From the NCBI GenBank assembly GCA_964016885.1, contig OZ024751.1, forward strand, positions 2,046,001 through 2,110,000: 64,000 nucleotides of DNA, in the 5' to 3' direction. The first letter of the stretch is position 1. Each line of letters starts with the position of its first letter. Of this stretch, positions 51,617-61,703 are shown one piece after another. A program made the position numbers and the translations under genes. The stretch is from Eledone cirrhosa (Eukaryota). The notes under the pieces were generated by a model. The model did no database searches, was not told where the DNA came from, and was given only the letters and a program-made list of their open reading frames with translations.

Positions 51617-52069
51617 TGTAGAGGGAGAAAGAGGTCACTGAAGTGGGGGTCTTTTATTGGTGGTAGAGGAAATGTGATGGAGGTTTCTTCGTATAGAGCA
51701 GAGGTTCTCATACTTTTGAGGCTACCGCCCCTCCCAACGACCGCGTAATACCCTCAGCACCTCCAACCCTATTCCCAGAGAGACCTACCTACACGCAAAT
51801 TGTAAATAATATATAATAAATAATATAATATATACTATGTATAAATAAATAAATATTTTTTTAATTTACTCTATTTAATTATATGTATCATTTGATATTT
51901 GATATACTATTATATCCCCTCTAGCGAGTCCCCCAGCCGCTCCCCCTTGGACCCGTCCCCTCGAGAGGAGATAGCACCCACTTGGAGAACCTCTGGTGTA
52001 GAGGGAGACAGGGGTGGCTAGAGTAGGAGTCTTATATTTGTGGTAGTGGAGATGTGATGCAGTTTTCTT
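51617..52069 (+). repeat. Diverged ~74-bp tandem duplication (51617-51690 and 51996-52069) separated by the MITE insertion
   Basis: gtgtagagggagaaagagg...gtgatggaggtttctt vs gtgtagagggagacagggg...gtgatgcagttttctt. Confidence 0.7.
51699..51995. mobile_element. Non-autonomous hAT (Charlie-type) MITE, 297 bp
   Basis: TIRs CAGAGGTTCTC...GAGAACCTCTG; 8-bp TSD GTATAGAG/GTGTAGAG (1 mismatch, central TA), typical of hAT-Charlie elements. Confidence 0.85.
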
Positions 52070-52295
52070 AAACTACAATTATTTTCAACATGCTGACGCG
52101 TATGTATATATTTGTGCGCGTATGACGATTGTGCACACAAGTGTAGTGAATGTTAGACGCTGTTTTCTGTAGTTTGTCATCGCCCCTTCCTTCCTCAGTC
52201 ATCTCGGGTGTGTGATGTCATCACCCCTTCGTCAGTCATCTCTCGTGTGTGTTTCGGAAGGACGGACGTCGCTCAAATTTATATATAGATAAGAA

Positions 52296-52519
52296 TGTTA
52301 TAGTTATATTTGGGGATGGCTATGCTGCCAGTATTGCCAATAAAAAGAAGCACAAGCACCATATGATTTTCATTTTATCTTTATCTTTATTGCTCGCTAT
52401 TCATTATCTTTTCAAAGTTCTTTCGTCACACATTTTGTGACCTCCTCAATGCGTGTATTTATTTTTGTTGACAATACTGGCAACATGACCCCCCCCCCCC
52501 AAAAAAAAAATATATAACA
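52296..52519. mobile_element. Degenerate short inverted-repeat element related to the 55951-56422 element
   Basis: Left gttatatttggggatggctatgctgccagtattgccaa is the inverse of right ttgacaatactggcaacatgaccc...aaatatataaca; shares the TGTTATATTTGGGG terminus with the 56-kb element. Confidence 0.5.
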
Positions 52520-52792
52520 ATATCAGTTTCAACACAAGATATCGCATCAGAATCTTGCAAGACAAACACATAAACGTAACGATATTATAGATGTATTTTG
52601 TTTATTCTTTGTTTAGTCACAGGGGGCGGAGAGCAGTGCCGTTGACCCTTTTTTCGTAAGGGCCTTCGAAACAACTGGTAGAAGAGAGGGAGTGGGTGGG
52701 GGTAGGAAATAAATAAATCCTTCTCAGGCTAGTGTTTTATCCGACTACTTATATGAAAAGGAACCAGAAAGGCTTTCCGGTTCCTTTTCATC

Positions 52793-52826
52793 AACACACA
52801 CGCACACTCACACACACACTCACACG

Positions 52827-52881
<55 letters not shown>

Positions 52882-52882
52882 G

Positions 52883-52913
<31 letters not shown>

Positions 52914-52930
52914 GTATTTATGCATGTATA

Positions 52931-53012
<82 letters not shown>
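52793..53012. repeat. Compound (CA)n/(TA)n microsatellite
   Basis: Directly visible. Confidence 0.95.
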
Positions 53013-53013
<1 letters not shown>

Positions 53014-53027
53014 CTAAATGTATGGTA

Positions 53028-53434
53028 AGTATATTTGGCAATATACCGTATGTTTATTTTAAAACATTTTGAAGACCTTGCGCTATTATTTTTAAAGTAG
53101 TGACTATGTCACTTACTTCTCTTTTCGGCAAAAGAAGGGAGTATATATCGCTATTTCAGAGCATCAATCCTAATTTTCAATTTTTGCTGGACCGGCAATC
53201 GCTCTGTATAATCGGTTACTGATTGTTACTGGAATTCTATAAGAATCCAGCCTCTAATTTTCGGCAGAGTACGTTTCTCTGAGGAACACCAACAGTGTGA
53301 AACAGAATCTGTCAGCTTCTCTCCCTTCCTTTGCCAAAAATAGAAGTAAGTGACATAGTCACTACTTTAAAAATAATAGCGCAAGGTCTTCAAAATGTCT
53401 TTATTTAAACATACGGTATATTGCCAAATACACT
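53028..53434 (+). mobile_element. Small inverted-repeat element (114-bp arms 53028-53141 / 53321-53434) containing a hammerhead-like motif; probable Penelope-like pseudo-LTR remnant
   Basis: Arms are reverse complements with few mismatches; adjacent to (TA)n; hammerhead core directly before the right arm. Confidence 0.6.
53277..53315 (+). ncRNA. Hammerhead ribozyme motif, type I, with degenerate stem I (family A)
   Basis: ct-CTGAGGA-ACAC(caaca)GTGT-GAAA-CAG(aat)CTG-TC-ag: full core, stems II and III and a GUC cleavage triplet; stem I only 2 bp. Confidence 0.6.
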
Positions 53435-53529
53435 ATACATACATTCATGTATACATCGCTATTTCAGAGCCCCAACCCTAATATATATATATAACATTGA
53501 TAACTTTGATATGTTTCGGCCAGTATTGC

Positions 53530-53730
53530 CCCAGGCCATGTTTAACTTAATAGCACCACCTAGCGAAGTCTTTCAAATCAGGATTTGGACACCATGACAC
53601 ACTCAAGTAGAGAGTTATTGTTTACGGAGACATATCCTGGGAGGTTTATCTTGAAGGAAGTTGTCCAAAGACTTCTTGAACTTTATGGGGTCTGTTTCTG
53701 TTTTAATGTGTTTTGGAGTCATATTAAAGA
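53530..53730 (-). mobile_element. CR1-like LINE 3' end fragment
   Basis: Minus-strand translation FNMTPKHIKTETDPIKFKKSLDNFLQ..DKP..PGYVSVNNNSLLE resembles the FNxLP...FKxxLDxFL..PDxP..PGY...NSL C-terminus of invertebrate CR1-group ORF2 (recognised from memory). Confidence 0.6.
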
Positions 53731-53924
53731 TATGTATATATATATATATATATAGTTTTCAAAAACCGCCACTCGACAAAATATTCCTTCCCTCTCCATC
53801 CCCCCTACCCCCTACCCTCAACCCAAGCCCCCCCCCCCCCTCAATCCGCCTCATGGTAATATGGTCATGTAAGTACTTCTTACCTACTTGCCTTTTCTAC
53901 ATGTATAACGTATTTGTATTGCGC

Positions 53925-54017
53925 GCGTGTGTGTATATATATATATATACGTCTGTGCGGGTGCATATGTTTATATATGTGTGTGTATATGTGTGTATCT
54001 GTGTGTATATGTATGTG

Positions 54018-54062
<45 letters not shown>

Positions 54063-54066
54063 GTAT
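53925..54066. repeat. Mixed (TG)n/(TA)n microsatellite
   Basis: Directly visible. Confidence 0.9.
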
Positions 54067-54074
54067 TTAGGTCT

Positions 54075-54165
54075 GAAGGTTCACCACTGGATAGAGCTGG
54101 TCATTCCGTATGGTCAATCTTGATGTAATAATATGGAGAGTACTCAACGTAAAGCAGCTCAACCG
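54075..54165 (+). mobile_element. Possible very degraded CR1-like RT C-terminal fragment
   Basis: Frameshifted peptides PLDRAGHSVWS / MESTQRKAA resemble the PxLEY..VWSP....LExVQRRA motif. Confidence 0.3.
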
Positions 54166-54260
54166 TCTTCGTTTCTGTAGTTGGTGGTGCGAGTACGGAG
54201 TTAAATATTATAATAAAATAACAGGAGGCTGGACTTGTGTAAATCCTTGAAAAGTTTATT

Positions 54261-54318
54261 ATACTATGATCATTTCAATGACCGCGTTCCGTATGAATCC
54301 GGTGATATCATCAGGTAT
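54261..54318 (-). ncRNA. Minimal type I hammerhead ribozyme (family B)
   Basis: Minus strand: ATAC-CTGATGA-stem II (tatcaccggattc...gaacgcggtcatt)-GAAA-TGATCA-TA-GTAT; palindromic loop III; followed by AATAAA. Confidence 0.75.
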
Positions 54319-55680
54319 TCGAAATATGATAAATGAATGTAACAGATAAAATCCATGGGGCTGAAAATCATAGACCCGAGGACGACCGACCATCTAGCTT
54401 TTATTTATCTATGTATTTTTTGTTTTTTGCTTACTGTTCCTTTTATTTAGGTTTTTATTCGCTTTACTCTCATTAAGTACTTATCATTGTACTCATTAGC
54501 ACACGACACTAGAATATCTCCCCCTCAGAACCACAATACTTATAACCCGGACTATCTGGGGACCTAGATATAGTCTATTTGCGCTTTTCATCGGGTTTTA
54601 CAATTGATTACACGCGATGATCCGACTGGTGTGGTGGTTTTCCTGGCTGCATAAGCCTCCCTTAAGTGCTTGGAAAAATAAATGTCCCCTTCTTTCGGTA
54701 AATGAAATTACTCGGAGCGGATTGCTTCGCCCCGGAGCCCGCCGCGCCGCCGTTTTTGACCGCCATATAGTACATTTAAATTCTAGGCCTAACCATAACT
54801 ATTAACTGTATCATGCCTCCCTCTACTGGCACTTAAACAAATCCCCCTCCTATGTAAATTAATAGTACTCGTTTGGTATAAAGATGGCCTAACGACGATG
54901 GCTGACTTCCCACTAGCACACCCGAAGCCTAGAACAGTTACATTCCTCAAGTGCTCAGAAAAATTGATTTCCATATCTTTCGCTAGACGAGTTAACTCGA
55001 AATGGCTGACACGTGGTTAGGATGGGTTGGCCGAAGTCTGCAGTCGTCGCTTGCTGTTTGACTGCTAAACAAGGACTTAATCTTTACTCTATATCCCACC
55101 CTCAAAACTTATCGAGGATCTCTATAATACATTTAACATTTTTTCATAAAAGACTCTCTCTGTAAATTCTTTAACTAAATCTCGCAACCCAAACCATACA
55201 TTTTTTTAAGCTGTTTAATTTTTAATTTTCTAATTTTTTTAAAATTTTATAATTTTAATCTTTAATTTAATTTTTTTAAATTTCATCCTATAAATCTAAA
55301 CAAAATTTTAACGTTCCAATTTTCTGTTCACACATTATACCATGCAGACGCCCACTATATATACCTCTGTTATAATATATACTTCTGTTAAGATATAGGT
55401 TTGTTAGAATAAAATTTTTCGCGGCAATTCCTAGCCTGATTGTAGCATGACATTAACGCTGACTTTTCTTCTTTCTTTCTGTCTTTTTTTCTCTTTGACC
55501 GGGAGGTTAGTAGCACATTATAAGCTTTCGCCCCCTCACCAGATAGCCTTAAGTAGACCGAATAGCCAGCACTTGAGGGCGACCGGCTAAAGTGGAAGAT
55601 GCTAGATGGTTGGTCGTCCTCGGGTCTATGATTTTCAGCCCCATGGATTTTATCTGTTACATTCATTTATTATATTTCGA

Positions 55681-55738
55681 ATACCTGATGATATCACCGG
55701 ATTCATAAGGAACCCGGGCATTGAAATGATCATAGTAT
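55681..55738 (+). ncRNA. Minimal type I hammerhead ribozyme (family B, second copy)
   Basis: ATAC-CTGATGA-tatcaccggattcataaggaacccgggcatt-GAAA-TGATCA-TA-GTAT-AATAAA. Confidence 0.75.
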
Positions 55739-55792
55739 AATAAACTTTTCAAGGATTTACACAAGTCCAGCCTCCTGTTATTTTATTATAAT

Positions 55793-55950
55793 TATATATG
55801 TATATATGTGTGTGTGTATATATATATATATATATGCATATAATATATATATATATGTATACGTGTGTGTATGTATGTATGTAAATGTATGTATGTATGT
55901 CTGTGTGTGGTTGCGTGGATTTGTATATATATATATGTATATATGTATAT
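55793..55950. repeat. Mixed (TA)n/(TG)n/(TATG)n microsatellite
   Basis: Directly visible. Confidence 0.9.
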
Positions 55951-56422
55951 TGTTATATTTGGGGAGGGTCATATTTGCGTAATATTGCCAGAATTAATAA
56001 CAGAACACACTCACTGTTTGGTTGGTTTTCGCTTCTCGCTGTCTTTTATATATATATATCTGCGATCTAACTTACTCGGTCCTCAATGTTGCCATTGACT
56101 GACCGGCGGTCAAAAATAAAATAATACAGATACAATATAGACAAACACATATATATATAGTTTACATAAATCTTTCGTTGCACATCTGCAACATCGTCAG
56201 TGGTGTTATATTCATTGTTCCTCCTGTTGTGTTGTATGTCTACGCCATTTTTTTTTGTTCAGACCGCCGGTCAGTCAATGGCAACATTGAGGACCGTGTA
56301 AGTTAGATCGCAGATATATATATATAAAAGACAGCGAGAAGCGAAAACCAACCAAACAGTGAGTGTGTTCTGTTATTAATTCTGGCAATATTACGCAAAT
56401 ATGACCCTCCCCAAATATAACA
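55951..56422. mobile_element. MITE-like foldback element: 161-bp near-perfect TIRs, TGT...ACA termini, ATAT on both flanks (possible 4-bp TSD; Ginger-like signature)
   Basis: 55951-56111 is the reverse complement of 56262-56422 (about 1 mismatch seen); 150-bp spacer. Superfamily assignment is tentative because ATAT is palindromic and lies in TA-rich DNA. Confidence 0.7.
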
Positions 56423-56662
56423 ATATCTGTTTCGACACACGATTTCATATAAAAAACCTCGCAAAACTAATTCATCGCCGCTATATATGTATATATATAT
56501 ATATAACGGAGGAAATGTGGTAAGGAACCAGGTGGACCATAACGCACCAAAGTACTCAATACTTAGGGTAGTAGAGTGGGTAATAGGAACAAGTAGGACC
56601 AATTCGGGTCCAGAATTAGCCGTCGAAACGGCTTGAGCTCAGCCGTCGGGGTTTTACTCGTT

Positions 56663-56664
<2 letters not shown>

Positions 56665-56725
<61 letters not shown>

Positions 56726-56739
56726 TTATATATATATAC

Positions 56740-56805
<66 letters not shown>

Positions 56806-56823
56806 ATATATATATATATATAT
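56665..56823. repeat. Compound (TA)n/(TG)n microsatellite
   Basis: Directly visible. Confidence 0.95.
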
Positions 56824-57394
56824 ACTAACTGAGCTACCCGGTGATTCCCGAGTATTTTAATAAAGTTACAATATTTGACCATTAAAATATGATTGCTGAA
56901 TTTTAACTAAAGTAGGAATTATAGCAGAATATTTATTGTCGTTTGTTTAAAGCAAATCATGTAGATAAAAATATTATTAGTTTTGTCCAGTGATTTCTTT
57001 AATACTGCTCCCTATTACAGTCAGTATATATAATGCTTCGCACTTGGAAGAATCATTAGGTATGTTGTCAGTGAAAAGGGCATGACCTCAAAAAATAAAT
57101 TTAGATTTTATTTATCCTTTTTTTTTTTTTGCGCAATCAGAACCTCTGAAATTCAAACAAAATGTGAAGGCTATTTTAAAAAGCATAAATAAAATAAACA
57201 TAAAAATTTACCATTGGTTTATGAATGAATGAAGAATTTACTTACTCATTTCTGTAATTCTGGAAATATTTTAATGTAAGTGTGGTAAATATATACATAT
57301 ACACCAGGAATCTATTATGAGCAAATGGGGGCCCTCACTTTTATGGGCAAATGGGGGCCCACACGTTGGCCGCCCAGCAGTCCAGGTGGTCGGA

Positions 57395-57606
57395 ATAGAG
57401 GATGGTGAGGGAGACGTGCTAGAAAATCCATTCCGGCTTGCGAGGCTCACCCCTACTCTGTGCCGATGGAGGTGAGTTGGGAGGTAGCTCTAGTGCCGAG
57501 GACACCAAAAGTCTCCTTTGCTATGGGCTCAACAACAAACCTGTCGGAGAGCGACCGATATTTGGAGAATATTTGGAGAGTTTACGCTCCTTGGCCCAAA
57601 GTGCAG
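57395..57606 (-). mobile_element. CRE-like non-LTR retrotransposon fragment (restriction-like endonuclease C-terminus)
   Basis: Allowing for a small internal duplication and stops, the minus strand gives ALWAKERKLSKYRSLSDRFVVEPIAKETFGVLG...GEPRKPEWIF*HVSLTIL, matching the ExxKxxKYxxL...PxAxETxGxxG...QRLS pattern of CRE-type elements (recognised from memory). Confidence 0.6.
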
Positions 57607-58506
57607 CAGAGCCTGGATTAATTAAAATGTTTACACTCTAGCTTTCACCAACTTTTACCTCTATGGCAGTAGGATCTTGTTTGAGGGAGATTTGTTTTCT
57701 ATTTCTTTTAGGTACACCAACATTTATAGTGGCTTCCATGACATACATACACACACATACATGTGTGTATGTAAAACTGTTGGCTGTGATTTGAAATGGA
57801 TTTGGCTAATATTTCTAGTAGTTCGAGGTGTCACATACAACCTTTCCTTTTTGCTTCATATATATATACATACATGAGACAGTAGACTGGGATATATATG
57901 TTTCCAACTTAAGTACGGTGATAAACACACACACACTCACACTTGTCTCTAACTTAAGAACGCCGAGACACGCGCGCGTGTGCAAACACACACACTCACA
58001 CGCTCGCATACACACACAGTCTCATTACGACTTTTGTGAAAGAGAGAGAGAGAGAAAGAGAAGTAACGTTAAGAAAGGAGTTAGTTAAGAAACGTTTAAA
58101 AAATAAATAAATAAAAGTTAGTATTCGAACAATGCTATCATTTTTCTGTCTTCTTTCTCTCTCTCTCTCTCTCATCCCCTCTCTTTCTCTGTTATCTCCT
58201 CCCTCTCATCCCCTGCTCTCTCTCTCTTTCTCTACAGAATGAAGAACAAAACAATAAATAAGTTGTTGCCTCGTTTTGGAGAACTGAGTTGTGGGAGGAG
58301 GAAGGGGAGTAGTGGGAGGGAGGGTTTAATGTCCCCAGAGTTTCCATCATTGATTTTTATTTCTCTGAAATTTTATCAGGATCGGATCACCGGTTTAGAC
58401 GCCAACTGGTTACACACAGACAGACAGAAATTGCTATTTATATAGTCGATATATATATATATGTAATACGTTAATAAATTGTGATTTGATGCAATACTGA
58501 AAAAAA

Positions 58507-59171
58507 TGTAAACAGACACGAAGGGTGAAGCAACGTAAGGAGAGGAAAAATATCAAATCAACAACTCTTTTCGAACATAAGTTGTGGCGAGTTCTCTAAC
58601 GCGAAGAAATACCTATGATTCCTAGCAGACAACTGACGATAGATATTACCCTCTTTCGCCCGTAACTTTTATTTTTATTATACTTAACAGTCCGCCATTT
58701 TATTCATATAAGTTTCCTCCTCCGCTGAGACCCGTCTCTTTTCTTTCCCCTTGTTGCTATCCTCTCTCTCCCCTTCTCTTTCCTCCCTCTTACTTTCACT
58801 CACTCCTTCTCTGCTAGTCTTCCTCTCTCCGCTAGCTCACTTCCTCTCTCGTCCGCCACCGTGGGCAGTCTCTTCTCTCGCTCACACTGCCACAATGAAG
58901 ACGTGTCTTTTTTCTCTCATCAAACTCGCCACAACTTATGTTCAAAAAGAGTTGTTGACTTGATATTTTTCCTCTTTTTACATTGCTTCACCCTTCGTGT
59001 TTCTTTACACCCCCCCCTCCCATTTTATCCCAATAACTTATTTTAGTTATTGCTCGCCCTAGGCTGAGGTATCTTGTCTCTAACGCGAAGAAATACCTAT
59101 GATTCCTAGCCGACAACTGACGATGGATATTACCCTCTTTCGCTCGTAACTTTTATTTTTATTATACTTAA
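58507..59171. repeat. Interleaved inverted repeat (58507-58593 / 58923-59009) and direct repeat (58593-58687 / 59077-59171)
   Basis: 87-bp inverted and 95-bp direct copies visible by inspection; likely a rearranged transposon remnant. Confidence 0.75.
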
Positions 59172-59230
59172 TGCAACCACACAGCCTGCCATTATGTATA
59201 TATATATATGAGTCGCAAGCGGTGGGAGGG

Positions 59231-59274
59231 ACCGTCTTGACGAAGGCCAGTTAAGCCTGAAATGCATAGACGGT
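59231..59274 (+). ncRNA. Minimal type I hammerhead ribozyme, C3U core variant (family C)
   Basis: ACCGTC-TTGACGA-AGGC(cagttaa)GCCT-GAAA-TGCA-TA-GACGGT: perfect 6-bp stem I, 4-bp stem II, palindromic TGCA in place of stem III. Confidence 0.75.
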
Positions 59275-59411
59275 TGTCCCCCTTGGACATCACCAGAGGG
59301 CGTTAGCCCCACGGTGTTTGCATAGCTACGGCTTCCTAAAACTGTATTTCTTTGGAGATACGAAATATTTATACATATTGTATAAAGCTATGCTTGAAGC
59401 GAAATCATATT

Positions 59412-59416
<5 letters not shown>

Positions 59417-59479
<63 letters not shown>

Positions 59480-59580
59480 AGGAAGTTATAGTTCACTTGA
59501 AGCATTGTGTAATGAGGTATAAACGTTTGTATATAAATTTCCATAGACACATACACACACACACATATATATATATGTAC

Positions 59581-59674
<94 letters not shown>
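59417..59674. repeat. (TA)n microsatellite tracts (59417-59476 and about 59548-59674)
   Basis: Directly visible; the Penelope-like element terminus abuts the second tract. Confidence 0.95.
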
Positions 59675-59677
<3 letters not shown>

Positions 59678-59823
59678 TTTTGAGTTTATGTTGGTTGTAT
59701 ACCAACACCTCAGTATCCAGGCTGGAGCACTCGACGAAGTGCGCAGGTTGGTTTGGTTACTCCGGAGTAGTGTAAAATAAAGTTAAATAAAAGTCAAATG
59801 ATTAAAATTTAGCTTCGTTTATT

Positions 59824-59878
59824 ACTGCTATATATATTTCAGTGACAGCCATCTTTGGCTGTGACCTCTTCAGGCAGT
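59824..59878 (-). ncRNA. Minimal type I hammerhead ribozyme in PLE pseudo-LTR (family D)
   Basis: Reverse complement of the motif at 60109-60163. Confidence 0.85.
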
Positions 59879-60108
59879 TTGAATTAGTATGGTATAGACA
59901 AGTACATATGTTGTTTAGGTGTATGATATTGTCAATACTCTGATATGCCCAGTTCCTTGTTGGGTTGTTAATTCACTGGGGAACTGGAGTCATATGACTC
60001 CAGTTCCCCAGTGAATTAACAACCCAACAAGGAACTGGGCATATCAGAGTATTGACAATATCATACACCTAAACAACATATGTACTTGTCTATACCATAC
60101 TAATTCAA

Positions 60109-60163
60109 ACTGCCTGAAGAGGTCACAGCCAAAGATGGCTGTCACTGAAATATATATAGCAGT
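60109..60163 (+). ncRNA. Minimal type I hammerhead ribozyme in PLE pseudo-LTR (family D)
   Basis: ACTGC-CTGAAGA-GGTCACAGCCA(aaga)TGGCTGTCACT-GAAA-TATATA-TA-GCAGT-AATAAA: 5-bp stem I, long stem II and palindromic loop III, as described for PLE minimal hammerheads. Confidence 0.85.
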
Positions 60164-60207
60164 AATAAACGAAGCTAAATTTTAATCATTTGACTTTTAT
60201 TTAACTT

Positions 60208-60285
<78 letters not shown>

Positions 60286-60430
60286 TTTGAGTTTATGTTG
60301 GTTGTATACCAACACCTCAGTATGCAGGCTGGAGCACTCGACGAAGTGCGCAGGTTGGTTTGGTTACACCGGAGTAGTGTAAAATAAAGTTAAATAAAAG
60401 TCAAATGATTAAAATTTAGCTTCGTTTATT

Positions 60431-60485
60431 ACTGCTATATATATTTCAGTGACAGCCATCTTTGGCTGTGACCTCTTCAGGCAGT
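60431..60485 (-). ncRNA. Minimal type I hammerhead ribozyme in PLE pseudo-LTR (family D, third copy)
   Basis: Same sequence as 59824-59878, in the 3' region of the minus-strand element copy. Confidence 0.85.
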
Positions 60486-61703
60486 TTGAATTAGTATGGT
60501 ATAGACAAGTAAATATGTTGTTTAGGTGTATAATATTGTCAATACTCTGATATGCCCAGTTCCTTGTTGGGTTGTTAATTCACTGAGGAACTGGAGTCAT
60601 ATGAATTCAAACAAACGAATTTCAGTGTCAAAGGTCCCCTTCTCCTCTCATTGGTCAGTTATTAGAACATTCCTCATTCTAAGTGTTGTTATTGTTGGAG
60701 TTAGCTTAAAAATTGATAAAATAGTAGAAGGGACAAGGTGTTAAAGGAACAAAATAACAAAAAAAAGTGTCAAACTTCCCATTGGTCAGTTCTGAAAGCA
60801 TTCCTCAGTCAGAAGTCTATAGAATTCTTTCTGCGGTGAGGCTCCCTGTAGTGATTTTGCCTGCTATTGTTCAGTACATTTGACCTCCACCATTATTTTG
60901 GTACTGTTGTTGGTGTAGTGGTCAGCTTATATCTTGCTGCTGCTAACAATTTAGCAGTATCCAGTTTGTGTTTTTTTTTCCTTCATCCCGCCCGCCACCA
61001 TCGTAGTGGTGGTGGTGGTGGTGGGTGGGGGGTGGGGGTTCTTCCATGTTTATGAAGAAATATAAGGCAATAAATGAAGAAAACAGAAAATAAATAAATA
61101 ATATAATAAAATAATTAATATAATTTGTGTAATTTGAAAATAAATAAATAAATAGAGAATAAAGAATAAAGAATAAATGAGAGATTGGTGAAAAAGTAAT
61201 GAAAATGCATATGGAGAAGTGAGAAATAATGTAGGATGAAGTGTGTGTGTGTGTGCTATAACCAATCTCAAGGTCAGAATATGTTGGATAGATTGGTATG
61301 AGACAAGATGTTAAGATGAGATATTCAAACTCAATGTGTTTGTGTTATAATCTATCTCAACTTAAAATAAATATAAGGTGATACAGTGAAGAGGGCAGAA
61401 AACAAATAACAAATTAATAAAGAGAAATCAAGATTTAAGATTGGAACTTGGAAGTCAGAAATCTGGTAAATTATAAGTGTTTGTGTTATAGATGTTGGCC
61501 AAATTATTATGGCTGTGTCCGATTCTATCTCTGGGCTATCATGGTGTCTGCTCCGCCTGGGTTGTTCCCTGTGGCTTGAGGGGAGTTCACAACCTAGGGT
61601 GTTGTTATTGCCCATATAGCTTGGGGGAGGTCTGGCCGAGAGGTGTTTTCATGTTCTGTAGAAGTCCCTATAGCTTGAGGAGTGTTCACATCTTCTTGTG
61701 TTG

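Larger units (their letters stand above)
54207..55792 (+). mobile_element. Non-autonomous Penelope-like/retrozyme-like element with 192-bp inverted terminal copies, each carrying a hammerhead
   Basis: 54207-54398 is the reverse complement of 55601-55792 (few mismatches); 3' end runs into a (TA)n/(TG)n tract; no recognisable protein in the 1.2-kb interior. Confidence 0.7.
59773..60214. repeat. Perfect spacer-less palindrome, 442 bp, centred at 59993/59994 (GAGTCAT|ATGACTC)
   Basis: Arms read as exact reverse complements by inspection; made of PLE pseudo-LTR sequence. Confidence 0.92.

Noticed and set aside
52175-52250. Two CTGANGA words on the minus strand
   Set aside because: Part of a short local tandem duplication; no stem II/GAAA geometry.
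56590-56665. GAAA-CGGCT...AGCCG-TC hairpin resembling hammerhead stem III
   Set aside because: No CUGANGA core in a compatible position on either strand.
52732-59708. Short ORFs rich in YI, HT or CV dipeptides
   Set aside because: Translations of (TA)n, (CA)n and (TG)n microsatellites.
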